A stretch of DNA of 63,293 nt, counting the filler, from Reclinomonas americana ATCC 50394 (Eukaryota), in the NCBI GenBank assembly GCA_048213135.1. It is 12 parts of 12 records of this genome, joined end to end, with 100 filler letters (N's around TTAATTAATTAA, not from the genome) between each part and the next. Parts side by side here need not be neighbours in the genome. Positions count along the whole stretch, not along the records: positions 9,362 to 13,784 come from AFZH01022458.1; positions 13,885 to 22,552 come from AFZH01022459.1; positions 22,653 to 28,983 come from AFZH01022460.1; 9 more parts are not named here. The stretch is one strand, 5' to 3'. How positions within the stretch are numbered: position 1 is the first letter of the stretch; each line of letters starts with the position of its first letter. Below are positions 12,401-25,206 of the stretch, piece by piece. The position numbers and the translations under genes are program-made. Under the pieces are notes generated by a model. The model was not told the origin of the DNA, made no database searches, and saw only the letters and a list, made by a program, of their open reading frames with translations.

Positions 12401-15400
12401 CGGAGCACATCTCAGCAGCTCCTCTAAACTCACCGTCAACGATGAGCAAGTCGCCATCACGAACAACAGTGCAGTGCGCTTTGGTGGGGCCATATTTGCA
12501 GACTCGTCATCTTCCACAAATGTCAGTGGTGCGCTGGTGCAAGGCAACCGAGCGGCCTTTGGCAGTGGTCTGTACTCGACGGGCGAGACGTCGCACACGT
12601 GGAGCAAGGCGACGCTGTCGAGCAATTCTGCGGATCCGGCCGATGGTGGTGGTGTGTATGCCGATGGTGCATCGTCGATGCAAATGGCCAACTGCACGGC
12701 GTCCAGCAACAGCGCGGTGCTGGCCGGCGGTGCCATGCTGATTTCGCAACTCGCGACGGTGGTGACGTCGACAACACAGTTCACGGCCAACACGGCGAGC
12801 ACCGTCGGTGGACATGTGAGTGTCGGTGGTCGAGCACTGTGGACGGACAGTGGTAGCACGTTGAGCAGTGGCGGAGCGTTGTTGTGGGGCGGTGCAGTGG
12901 CGGTGGCCGGCAATGCCGGTGTGCAGCTGGTGCGCAGCCGAATTGTCGAGAATGCAGTGGACGGTGGCGGTGGCGGTGGTATCTCTATTATCGAGTCCGC
13001 CGCGGTGGCGCTGACCAATGTGGACATGATTGGCAACGAGGCGCAGCTGGGCGGCGGCGTGTATGTGGCGAATTCACCGTCGGTGTCCCTCAACGACACC
13101 AATCTGGTGGCGAATGTGGCGGATGCGGCTGGCGGCGGCCTGTTTGGCGGTGACGAGGCCGACATTACGTGCTCGCGATGTGTGTTCACGGGCAATGTGG
13201 CATCGACTGGCGACGGCGGCGGTGCCTCAGTGTCCAACAGTACCACGACGGCGTTTCTCAGCACGCGATTCGAGAACAATGTGTCGGGGGGTCGCGGCGG
13301 CGGTCTCGCTGTCAACATGACTGCCATACCGTCGACGGAGGCGGAGATAGCCGCCAATGCACTGGCCATTGGTGTGCGACTGGAGAGTGTGACGCTGACG
13401 GGCAATCGCGCCATGGCGCCGGTGAATGCCACGCACATGCTGGGTGAGGGTGCGGGTGGCGGCATCTATTGGAATGGTGGTGGAGATCCGGTGCACTTGA
13501 CAACGGTCGCGGCGGCGGTGGCGCAGAGTGGGGGGTTGGCGGCGTGGAGAGACGGGCATGGATTGCAGCTGTCGAATAACACGGCCACAAATGGGGCGGC
13601 GGCGGATTTGGGAAGCAGTTGAGTCGCGGAAGGGAAAGGGGGAGCGGGAAAAAGGGGAAGGGAGAAGGGAGAGGGAGAAGGGAGAGGGAGAAGGGAGAGG
13701 GGAGAAGGGAGAGGGGAGAAGGGAGAAGGGAGAAAGAGAAGGAGAAGGAGAGGAGAGGGAGAGGGAGAGGGAGAGGGAGAGAAGNNNNNNNNNNNNNNNN
13801 NNNNNNNNNNNNNNNNNNNNNNNNNNNNTTAATTAATTAANNNNNNNNNNNNNNNNNNNNNNNNNNNNNNNNNNNNNNNNNNNNGGGAGAGGGAGAGGGA
13901 GAGGGAGAGGGAGAGGGAGAGGGAGAGGAGAGGGGAAAGAAGAGAGATATAGAGATAGAGATAGAGAGTGAGGGCGAGATAGATAAAGCGAGAGTGCGGA
14001 AGAGTGAATTAGGGAGAGGTCGAGAGGAACTATCTCTCTGTTTGTCAAGTGTCTCTGCATTCTTGTCTTTTTTGAAACGAATGTGACGGAAGAACAAAGT
14101 ATCCTTGTTCTGACTGGTTGCTTGCGCTCTTTTTGTTTGTCGGTTGTTTGTAGTTTCTTTTACCTCTTTCTTTGAACCTTGGAGTCGTGTGTGACTTAGA
14201 AATCACAACGGTCTTTCTTGCTGACTTTCACCCGCGCAGGCCTGTTCAGCGTATTTGTGCGCACCGAGGCCGCCGAGGCCTCGGTATTCCCCTCTCCGAC
14301 GGTTCCACGCACTGTGTTTGTGGATGCTGCGGATGTGTTTGGCCAGTTCATGGCCACGCTGGACAACACCATGTTCTCGTTGTCGTGTTCTGGCTGCAGT
14401 GTTGGAGTGAGTGGATGTGGCATGTACTCCTTGCTGCTTATCCATTCGTCACTCACTCAAATCCTCCTTTCCCTTTTCGTGCGCAGAGTCAAGTGCAGTC
14501 GCGGTCCACGCTCGACGGCACAGCTCACTTCGACCTCCTCATTAACCAACGCGGCTCAGCCACCAACAGCACCTCTTCTGCTGCTTCATCACCATCGACC
14601 AACTCGACGCGGGAGTTGGTGATTGTGCGCGCCGCGTCGTCGTCGGATTTCGCCATTTCCGTGTCGGTGGCCAACGGCGGCACGTTTGCCAGCTCGGCCA
14701 CGCCGACGGTGGCCGTCAATGTGGCTCCGTGTCCGGCCGGTCTGCAGTACATTACTGATGTAGGGTGCGAGGCGTGCCCGACGGGCACGTACGCACTGCC
14801 GGCGGCCTCATTCAACCAGACCTGCTTGCCGTGCCCCCTCAATGTGGACTGTCAGGGTGGATCGTCGCTGGTGGTGGCCTCGCAGCACTGGACATTCCCA
14901 ATCAACTCCGAATGGTCGACGCAGCCGGTGCGCGCACGCGGCACAACTGGGAGCTGGGTGCAGCCGCCTGTCGATGGTTCGGTGGTGGCCTACATTTGTC
15001 CGTACGACTACTGCATCCGGCCGGATGTGTTGGTGAATGTGACCGACACGGATCCGGTGGCGTACTGCAACGATGGTGTGGATCGTGATCCGCTGTCGCC
15101 GTTGTGCGGGGCGTGTTTGGTGAGTCGGAGATGGGGAAAGAGGAGGAAGACAAGGGTAATGTTCTTTCTTGTGCGCTTGGTGATCAAGCTGCAGAGTCGC
15201 AATGAGGGAACTGGGGTGAGAGAGTGGCTCTACTGACGGATGTTAATGTTGTACTTGCGTTCTTCGTGCCGCACATGCCCTTTCACCGTCCCACTCACTA
15301 TTTGTCTCCTTCTCTCTTTCTCTCCCTCTTCTTGCACTCTCTTTCTCTCTCTCTCTCTGTCTTACTCCCTCTTGCTCGCTCGTGCTCGGCCCGTCTTCCT

Positions 15401-18400
15401 CGCTCTTCCTCGTTTCTCTCACTCTGAGCGGTTTGCTTCGCTCAAGTCGCTCTCCTCTTGACTCTCCTCCTCTTTTTCCCTCTTCCTACGCTCTTCGTCG
15501 CTCTTGTCGCTCCTTCACTCTGCTTTCCTCTTGCTTTCCCTCGCTCTTCTCTTTCTCGCTCATTCTCGCTCATTCTCGCTCGTTCCCCGCTCTTCCTCCC
15601 TTTTCCTCGCTCCTCCTCGCTCCTCCTTGCTCCTCCTTGCTCCTCCTCCTCTTCCTTGCTCCTCCTCCTCGCTCCTCCTCGCTCCTCCTCGCTCCTCCTC
15701 GCTCCTCCTCGCTCCTCCTCGCTCCTCCTCGCTCCTCCTCGCTCCTCCTCGCTCTTCCTCCTCGCTCTTCCTCCTCGCCCTCCTCGCTCTTCCTCCTCGC
15801 CCTCCTCGCTCCTTGTCGCTCTCACTGTCCCTTTTCCACTCTCCATCTCTCACTGTCTCTCCCCTCTCCTCTCTTACTCCTTCTTCCTCCCTCTCTGTCT
15901 CCCTTTCTCACTCTTTTCATCATCTCGCAGGACGGCTACTCCCAATTTAACGGCGAGTGCATCCCGTGCACAAAGACCTCGCGTTCCGCTCAGTTCTTTA
16001 CCATCGTGAAGATGTGGGGGGTGGTGCTGTTCACGCACGTGTTGTTCCACGCGAGCAGTGGGGGTGGTGAGTTGCATCCATTCCCCGAGCGCTGCCTTTT
16101 TTCGATGCTCACTTCCCCTACATTGCAGGCACCGCCGAGTCCATTATCTTCACCCTCCAAACCGCCGCCCTGCTATTCTACCCCAATGTGGAGCTGCTGT
16201 CGGTCGGCCGTCTCGTGTCGTTCTTTGTGCCGAATTTCTTCGCCAGCGGGTGCCCGCTGATGCTGGATGCGGTGGGCGACCTGATTATGCGCATCCTGTC
16301 GCCGGTGCTCTACGTGGCGCTGCTATGGGCCACCTTTGGCATGCAATGGTTGTTGTGTCGAATGATGGTCAAGTGGTGCCTGAAGGTGCCCTCGATTGAT
16401 GCGCTGGAGCACATTAGTGAGCGGCGACATCGCTGGATTCGCTTCCTCGAGTGGTTCGACCGCACGGGTGGCGTAAATCGCTTCGTGGCCACCACGGTGG
16501 TGCTGCTGCAGGGAGCGTATGAGGGACTGGCGGAGACGGCGATTGTGTTCTTCACGTGTACGCGGGTTGGGCAGTCGTCGATTATGCTGTTTTCGCCGAG
16601 CGTGGTGTGCTATGAGGGAATGTGAGTGGTTGGGGAAGGGAGGGCAAAAGGGGAAGGGAGAAAGGAGGGGGAGCGGAGAATTGAGGGGAAAGGGAGAGGG
16701 AGAGGGAGAGGGAGAGGGAGAGGGAGAGGGAGAGGGAGAGGGAGAGGGAGAGGGAGAGGGAGAGGGAGAGAGAGGGAGAGGGAGAGGGAGAGGGAGAGGG
16801 AGAAGGGAGAAGGGAGAAGGGAGAGGGAGAGGGAGAGTAATAAGGAAGAAAGAGAGAGGGATGACTGGTGGGCTGTTAGATCATTTGATCCCTACCCATC
16901 TTTTCTATACCTTGCCCTTATAGTGTGACTTTATAGTTGTTCTCTACTCCTTTACCCTTGACCCCTTCCCCTTTCTCCGTCGAGAAACCCGTCACCCGGT
17001 CACCAGGGGCCGTTCTTGTTGTGACCGTCAATGAGGAAATCTGGGTAGGGAACAAAAGTTCCAACAGGGCGAGAGGGATCTGGTGGGGAATTCAGTCGCC
17101 TGGGTGAGGGAAACAGGAAGAGGGGCGTGTGAGATATTGCGAAAAAGGGTGAGTGAGACAAGGAGGATGCATTAAGAAGAGTAGAAAATGTGAAACAGAG
17201 AGAGTGAGTGTGAGAAATAGACGGGAAGAATGGTGGATCTAACATACACACACACATTGAGAGAGATATAGAGGAAAGAAGAAAGAGAAAGAGAAGAGAG
17301 CAGAGCGAAGGCTGTGAGAAAAGAGCAGGCAACGAGGTAAATGAGAGAGAGTGAGAGTGAAGAGAGGGCGAGTGAAGGAAGAAGTGTGAAGCAGAGCGAG
17401 ATAGAAACACTGGGGAATGATGACGGGGAGGAGGAGAAGTACATGACCTGTACTTGGGTGAGAGATGAGAGAATGGGGGACTGGGAGAGGCGTTTTTAAA
17501 GTGCCTTTGTCTCTCTCGTTTGTCTGACCACTTTTTGTGGTGCTTGCAGATGGAATCGAGTCTCTCCGCTGTTTGCGATTGTTGCACTGGTGGTGCTGGT
17601 GACGCCGATATTGTTGGTGATCTGGGTCATGCGTCTGCGTCGGCAGGATCGACTGGAGGACGAGAAGGTTGCGTCACTCTGCCTATCCCTCGTGTGCGCA
17701 GTTGCTGATTGCACTGTTGTACAGGTGATGAGCATCTTTGGCGTGTTGTATGACGCATATCGCAAGCCGGTGGTGTGGTTCCTTGGTTGCGTCCCAGTGC
17801 ATGTTTGTTGTGCGCAGTTGATCGCTGCATCTTTGGTCGCTTCCCTTGCTCCTTTGATTCCTCTGTCCAGCCCTCCCGTCTCTGCCTTCCCTTCTCACAC
17901 ACTCACTTCTGTTCGCGTTTTAGGCTATCAACTGAGTCGGCGTCTCGTGCTGCTGGCGGTTCTGTTCCCCATGGCTGCCATTGGCGCGCTTGATGTGCTG
18001 CCGCTGGCGCTGTGGGTGGTGTGCATCGGGTTCTTGGCGGTGCAAATCTCTGTCATGCCGTACCACCATCGTGTGGAGAACATTATGGAAGTTGCGTTGG
18101 AGTCGGTTGTTTTAAATCAAGGCACGTGTGCCCTGCTGACACTCACACCTCTCTCTCTCTCTCTCTCTTTTGTGGCGTGTGCAGACCATCAGCCTGCTTG
18201 GTCTGGTGGTCATTTCCACCATCTTTGCCTCGCAGGCGTCGAACAAGTTCAAAGTCATCATCTGCATTGTGCTCCTCATTATCGTGATTTGCATCTTGGC
18301 GCTGCCGATTGCGTGGACGGTTTTCAAGGTGATCAAGAAGATGTGGCTCAAGCTCAGAGATTGCTGGCGACGGCGGCGTGGAGCAAAGGTCGCGTCCATT

Positions 18401-19511
18401 GATCAGGCGCTGATGGCAACCGAGTGTGGTACTGCTGGTGAGTTACACGATGGAGGGAAAGAAGAGAGAGGAGGGAGAGAGAGAGAGTGATAAGAGAGAG
18501 AAAGAGGGAGAGAAGGAGAGTGTTTGTGTCTCTCCCTCTGCATTCCTCATTCTCTTCGACTGCCGTCATCTCATTTAATTGCCTCTCTGTTTGCCCTCTC
18601 TCTCTCTCGTTCACACTGTCTGTCTTTCTGTCTGCCTGCTTGCTGTCTCTACGTCGTTTCGTTGACTTGCTTTTTCTCCACAATCTGCCTTTCTTCTTGT
18701 CTGTTTGTGTGGACGCGTTCTTTCGTACCTGTTGGTGCACGTCATGCTATGTTTTCTGTCTGTCTGTCTCTCTCTCTCCGCCTCTCTCTCTGTCTGTCTG
18801 TCTGCTTGTATTCTCTCCATCATTTCACTTGCTGCCTTCCTCGTACGTCTCCACCTTTCCACTTTCTCTCTGCCCTTGACTTACTGTCTATCTGTTTGTA
18901 TTCTCTCCTTGCATTTCCCTTTGGTCTCCCTCTCTCTCTCTCTGTATATCCGTCACTATTCACCTAACATGCTCCATCGCACTTTAGGCATCGAAATGGA
19001 CGTCCTCACACTACACTCGACGCGACGCGGACACCGTGCACGCACCAGTAACAACGCCGACGACGACGACGCTTCGTCATCCGTGTCGTCGGGCACTGGA
19101 TTCCTGGCTGTGTCGAAACCACCTTCTCGTCAACGCTCCTCCGCCTCGCTGACCGCCCCTCCCGACCTGCCACCACCACCGCCACCACCGTTGGCGGAGG
19201 AAGTCGAGTGGTACTTGAATCAACATCAGCACCACCAGCAGCAGGCCGACATGGAGAAGCATCTGGAGCAGGATGGACTCACATTGCCGGATGCCAAGGT
19301 GGTAGAGTTGCAGGGCTTCAATGTGTTTGCGGAGGCGACATCGGCGAGCACGGCGTCTTCCGCGCAAATACGTTCACCGTCAACCGTGCGCGTGGGAGTC
19401 GCATCGTCGCCGCCATCACGGTCATCGTATGAGGCGTCTGTTCCGCTTCCGGGGACACCATCTTTCGATGCGACTGTGACTGATGAGGGGCATGCTGATG
19501 CTGAGAGGTAA
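2119..19511 (+). CDS. Giant cell-surface protein: signal peptide, right-handed beta-helix (PMP-like FxxN/GGA repeats), Cys-rich stalk, multi-pass TM domain, Ser/Pro-rich tail; about 45 exons, spanning 3 gaps
   Basis: Signal [25 protein letters not shown]; cap motif VYVSPGG..DACG..PCTLDQA; many FxxNxA..GGGA repeats (ORFs 3557-4501 and 11403-13622 plus micro-exons); [24 protein letters not shown] region with [14 protein letters not shown] and [17 protein letters not shown]; stop at 19509-19511. Confidence 0.85.
2977..3076. other. Artificial scaffold spacer 44N-TTAATTAATTAA-44N (also at 9262, 13785, 22553, 28984, 31125, 44466, 48276, 51852, 56286, 61648)
   Basis: Identical 100-bp N block containing a six-frame stop linker, repeated 11 times. 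Confidence 0.98.
8785..9261. repeat. 121-bp tandem repeat (3+ units, running into a gap) inside an intron
   Basis: Unit starts G(T/TC)..GGGA(T/C)TTG recur at 8880, 9001, 9122 and 9243. Confidence 0.9.
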
Positions 19512-19767
19512 CGCCTGTGTGCCAGTGGCGTGTCGGCAGTGGATGAAGGACGGCAGGCGTATACGTATGGTGTGTATAGAGTGAAGAAGAACAGTGTATA
19601 TGTTTAGTGTCAACCGAGGCTCCAATTCATGCGCGACAAGATGCATGGTCTGCAGACAATATATTATACGTTTCTAGTGTTCACCAAGATGGTGATCCTC
19701 ATGTAGATGAGTTTATGTTTGGATAAGGAAAGTTGTTGCTGTTGTTGTTGATGAAGCTGCTTGCTTT

Positions 19768-22736
19768 TCACTCGTCGAGATGCCACTTGAGATTGCCAAA
19801 GTTGCACTCGTCCAGCACTGGTCGGCGTAGCGGGCTGCCTCGGCGAATGGCCAGTACATCTTGTACGCACTCTGTTGGAGAGGAAAGCAGAGGCAATCCG
19901 GCGCCGAGGCCGCAGAATTCGTACACGTCCTGCACACAACCAGCACACATCAGAAACTTTTACCGACCCGTCGTCTTCGAGTGACTGCCAACACGTGTCG
20001 TGTGCACGTCAGAAATACATTCTCTCTCTCCCTCTCTACTCGCACTCGTTCACGTGTACTCACTCACCTTTTCCGTCACTGTCACTCACTCTAGATTTCT
20101 CGCTCTCTCACTCCCTCAGCCACGCAGCGGAGTCCCGACAGCAGCGGTATCCCTCAGTGCTGCATCAGTAATATTAATCCCAACTGCGTGTCTTTCTCGA
20201 CTCGAATGTGCTCTATATCTCGCTCCCTCACCCACAGCAGGGTCATAATCTCGGCGATAGTGCGGTAACTGCAGTTGCCAAGCACCAAAGGCGTGTCATT
20301 CTGGTTCTTTCTCTCTCTCTCTCTCACTCTCTTGTCTGTCTCTTCTGCTTAACCCACTCCCTCAACCACATGGTCAACATCGCGACGATAAACTCGATAC
20401 GGTAACTGTATCGCCGAACTCTAACGGCGTCGCTATCTCGAACTTGATCTCTCTCTCTTCTCATTTCTCCTACACTCACTCCCTCGCCTGCAGCTAAGAG
20501 TCTTCATCGCGGCGATGGCAACTGAGTCACCGAACATATCGGCGCGTCTTTCTGGTTCTTACTCTTTCTTCTTCGTCTATCTCCCCATCCTCTCTCGCGA
20601 TCGCGCACCTGCCACCACTTCCCCGTCACAGGAATGCACACGCCGACACCAAGAATGAACACATCGAATCCCTTTTCATCCAGCCTCTTGACAACTGAAG
20701 AGAGGTTCGGCAAGGGGAGCGCCGCAGCAGATTTCGGAGGCACGTACGAGGAATTGAAGGTGGCGGCAAGGAACACTGCGCGACAAGCGGTAGTGAGAGG
20801 ACAATTCCGACCTTCCGTTTGCAGCCTATCCCATGCTCTTCGCTGATTCTCGGTGTGTTCCGTTCTCTCTGCTCCTCCTCTTCTTGCACCTCCATTCCTC
20901 TGCATTCCCTCTTCTCCCGTGCTCTTCATCGTTTCTCGGTGTTTTCCATTTCTCTCTCTCTCTCTCTGCATTTCCCACAGTTCTGTGCCCACTGTGTTCT
21001 GTTCTCTGCTTCTCGCTGTGTTCCGATTCTTCTCGTACGTAGCTGTTTCCTTTCGCTGCGTTTGTTACTCTCTTTATCTGTGTGTTCCGTTCTCTGTTCT
21101 TGCTCCTATGCTTCCCGCTTTGCCTCTCTCTCTCTCTCTCTCTCTCTCTCTTCACCACCACCACCACACACCATCGTTCCAATACGGTCCGTACTCGAAC
21201 GAGAACATGTCCACCTTGTCATACGACAGCAACTGATCCATGCCCTCAATCACTTGCGAGTCCCACCCTTCGAATTCCACGTCAATCTGCGTGCAATAAT
21301 CAGAGTGAGAAATGTGTGCAAAGGGCGCCGCAGTCCTCATGCGCTGCACACACGCACCTTGACGTAGAAGATCTTTCTTGTGCCCGAAATACCACCAAGT
21401 AGTGATCTCGCGACACCGTCGGTGGCCGCAAACGCATCAAGGGAGGTCACGGGCACTGTCTCCAACGGGTCAACGTCGAGACCAGTTTGAGTATCCAACT
21501 CAGTTGGAACGCGCAAGCTGCAGCGACAGAGGAGCCGTGATGAGCAAACACTTACAATGACGTCGATTTTCCCATCCCACTCTTTTCGCACCTGAACATG
21601 CACGGCATCGTATTCAAGCCCTGGAAGTATGATAAAGTCAGCACGCGGATTTCCACCAGTGACGAGCAGATGAGATGCTTCTTCTCACATTCTCTCGCTG
21701 CGCACAGGCGACATGGAGTAGAGCGGCAGGCCAAGGTGCGGGACGTTGCTGAGGCCCACTTGCATCGGCGTCAATCGGCCCTCCGGCATGGTGGCGGCGA
21801 CGCTCTCCAACCAGTTGAATGGCAGACCACTCGGCTCGAACGCAAACACTCGGACATCGTGCTTGGTCATCTGGTTGGCGAAGAAGAAGGCATCGGAGGC
21901 GTCGTTCAGGTTGTGGTTACAGTCATCGGCACCTTTTCGGACAGCCGGTGTGCGGTGAGAAGAAGCAAAGGCTCAGCAGGCGGCGAGTCGCACGCACCAA
22001 CATCGACAATGATCGGCGGCACAAATTGCTGTCGTTGAGCCTCCGTGAGACCGAGAGCGTCGTCATGCATCAGCCGACGCCACACGCGGCCGAGTTTGGC
22101 GTGGAGCGTCTTGAGCGACGCTCCATACAGAGACGCGGTTTTCTTGTGGTATGTGCACGCCCAGTGCTCCATGAAGAAGCGCCGCAGAATTGGTCGCCAC
22201 CGCGACATCGGCGACGGTATGTCCGGATTGAGTTGATGGTCGACTTCACCACAGAGTACAGTGAATTCGAACACGCAAGAGCAGGGCACTCTCGCATGCT
22301 ACACACTTACCATTGTCTGCGTCTTGCACAGTTGTGTCAATGTCGGTACAAGGTTTTGTCTCGTCCACCTGCAAGAGGAGGGCGGAGTGAGAGAGGGAGA
22401 GAGAAGGGAGGGAGAGGGAGAGGGGGAGGAGAGAGGAGATGGAGAGGGAGACAGTGGGACAGGGGGAGGAGAGGGAGAGGGAGAATGTGTGTGCGCTGCT
22501 CGAGCTCTCACTGCGTTGAAGCAGACCATCAGTTTGTGGTACAACTGCTCTGNNNNNNNNNNNNNNNNNNNNNNNNNNNNNNNNNNNNNNNNNNNNTTAA
22601 TTAATTAANNNNNNNNNNNNNNNNNNNNNNNNNNNNNNNNNNNNNNNNNNNNGAACGTACCGTGTGTCGCCTTAGCCTGCACACAGAGCGCGGAAAGGAC
22701 GAGAAGCGAGAGGATCACCACGATCGAGCGCTGCAT
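19768..22736 (-). CDS. FkbM-family (Methyltransf_21) SAM-dependent methyltransferase with N-terminal signal peptide, multi-exon, spanning a gap
   Basis: Motifs IIVDVGA, VFAFEP, VPVTSLDAF, YVK|IDVEFEGWD.QVIEG and FSFEYG. First exon MQRSIVVILSLLVLSALCVQA (ATG at 22736); last exon DVYEFC...WHLDE*. Confidence 0.8.
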
Positions 22737-23361
22737 TCACCAAGCGGAACGAATATCTTGGATATCTCAGCGGTATCGCGAGCAACAGCGACAATCCGTG
22801 AAGTCGCCCTTTCCGCTGACTCAGAACGCATTCCTGAGTGTCCAGCGCAGAGATGGCCACAGAGGAGATAATGCAAGACCATGTAAAGCCTGGCACGGCG
22901 GAGAGCATCAGCACATGTACATGACGTTTTACCCCATGCGTTCGAATTCAGCATGCGCACTTGATATGATCAATTTATTTTTGTCTTCTACGTGGTTGAA
23001 ACAGAAGAGAGCTTGTCGTGTTGTTGGCGAGGCTCATATCGGTGGCCTGTGTACGTGTGTGTGTTCGCGATCACCCTCGGAGCTTCGATATCAGCCATTC
23101 GAGCTCCCTGTTCCGTATAGACCTCCTGTCACACTAACGACAGGCGTATAAAAGATGCAGAACAGCGCTGTTTGCCACACCATGCACAGCGTACGGCAAT
23201 CCTGCAATTGCCGGTATATTTATTCAATATCACTCTCGACATCGGTTTTGAACATCCTTTCCACGCATTCCTGCCCCCGCATCCCTCGCACCTCCACTAT
23301 TACATTCTCCATCACCACCACCAACACCACCACCGCCGCCACCACGCGCATTGTCGCCGGA

Positions 23362-23904
23362 ATGCAGAACCGTTTTCACCGTTTCGTACATGCAAGCGCA
23401 AATTCGTTATCAGATTTCGTTTTTGTTTCGCCTTCACTCGCGGAGAGCTTGCGACGCTTTCCCCGACTCACACATATACACACGCATGTGGTTGCCCGCA
23501 TTCACTCCACCAGTGCGTCCCACTCTCACAATGTTTGCTGTGTGTGGTTTTTTCGCGCTCACACTCTCTCTCTCACTCTTTGTGTGTGTGCAGTCGGTGG
23601 ACTGGCGCAATGTCGCCTTCCAGCTGAAGCAGCCTGTGCAGACTGCATCGACGCCTCTGAAGAGCGGCAATGATGGTGCGCGTGTGCAAGAGTGGGAGAT
23701 GTGTGACACACACACTCACACACTCACACACACTCTCTCTCTCTCAGGCATGAATCCCACGGCCCCTGCCAAGCCACTTCCGTTCCACAAGAACCTGGTC
23801 GCTGGTGGTGTCGCTGGAACCTCTGAGATTCTGATCATGGTATGACATGATTGACACACAGTTGTCTGTCTGCCTCACTCTCTCTGACACACTCTTCTCT
23901 CTCT

Positions 23905-23942
<38 letters not shown>

Positions 23943-25028
23943 ACAGTACCCGCTCGACGTGGTCAAGACGCGCTTCCAGCTGTCGACTGACAAGACTGGC
24001 GGTCTGGTGCGTGCCTTTACGCACATGATCAAGACGGAAGGGTGAGTGAGTCTGCCACAGGAGACAAGATAATGACAACATGCTCACTGGGTGCTTCTTG
24101 TGTAGCTTTGGTATGTACCGTGGCATTCTGGCTCCGATCTGCGCCGAGGCACCAAAGCGAGCTGTCAAGTTCAGCAGCAATGAATTCTACAAGGTTCCTC
24201 CCGTGCCTTCCCTCGAGCACTCTTCCTCACCTAACTGTTCCTTTCTTTAGAAACTGTTTATGGACTCGAATGGCAAGGTCGGGCAGATGCGCTCGATTGC
24301 GGCTGGCGTGTGTGCCGGTCTCACGGAGGCCGTGGTCGTCGTGCCGTTTGAGCTCGTCAAGATCCGCATGCAGGCCAAGGATAATCAGGGCAAGTACAAG
24401 AGCACGCTCGACGCTGTCGGGAAGATCTTCCGCGAGGAGGGCTTGATGGCCTTCTCCAACGGCTTGGAGGCGACGCTGTGGCGACATGCGCTGTGGAACG
24501 GTGGATACTTTGGCTTGATCTTCTCGTTGCGCGAGAACACCTCGCCGGCCAAGACGGAGGGCGGTGAGACCTTCCGCAATTTTATCCTGGGTAGCATTGC
24601 GGGCACTTTTGGCACCATGTTGAACACGCCGCCGGATGTCGTCAAGGTTCCTTCATCTCCCTTGAGCGTGGTGTGTGCTACTGTGACTGACCACTCGCTG
24701 CACCACAGACGCGCATCCAGAACCAGCCCCGCACTCCCGGTGTTCCACTGAAGTACAACTGGACCATTCCGTCCATGATGTTGATCGCCAAGGAGGAAGG
24801 GTGTGTGTTTTTTTTCTCAGTACTGCTGTGCCACCGCTCATTGCTCTCCGTGTACAGTTTTGCCGCCCTCTACAAGGGTTTCCTGCCAAAGGTGCTCCGT
24901 CTCGGCCCCGGTGGTGGAGTTGCGTTTTTGATTTCGTGCCTGCGCAGCACCAATGCAGCCTTTGCTGACCCTGTCGGCCACAGATCCTGCTCGTCGTCTT
25001 CGACTTCATGGCCAAGATCTTGCAGTAA
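23362..25028 (+). CDS. SLC25A21: Mitochondrial 2-oxodicarboxylate carrier (ODC/SLC25A21-like); start uncertain, alternative Met near 23750
   Basis: PLPFHKNLVAGGVAGTSEILIM|YPLDVVKTRFQL, EAPKRAVKF, PFELVKIRMQ, RHALWNGGYFG, NTPPDVVK|, LYKGFLPKVLRLGPGGG|ILLVVFD. Three carrier repeats with ODC-specific motifs. Confidence 0.9.
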
Positions 25029-25206
25029 GACTGCTCGGCAAGATCCTTTCCGTGTCTCCCTCCCCCCATCCCCCCTCGTTCACAATCCCATTGAAAAAGA
25101 CGAGGAGTACTGTTGCATACACACACCATCGTCATCATTTTACACAGGTCAGAAGCGAGCAAGCGTGCCGTACATAAAAAGAGAAGCACGAAGATAGAGA
25201 GCTCGC

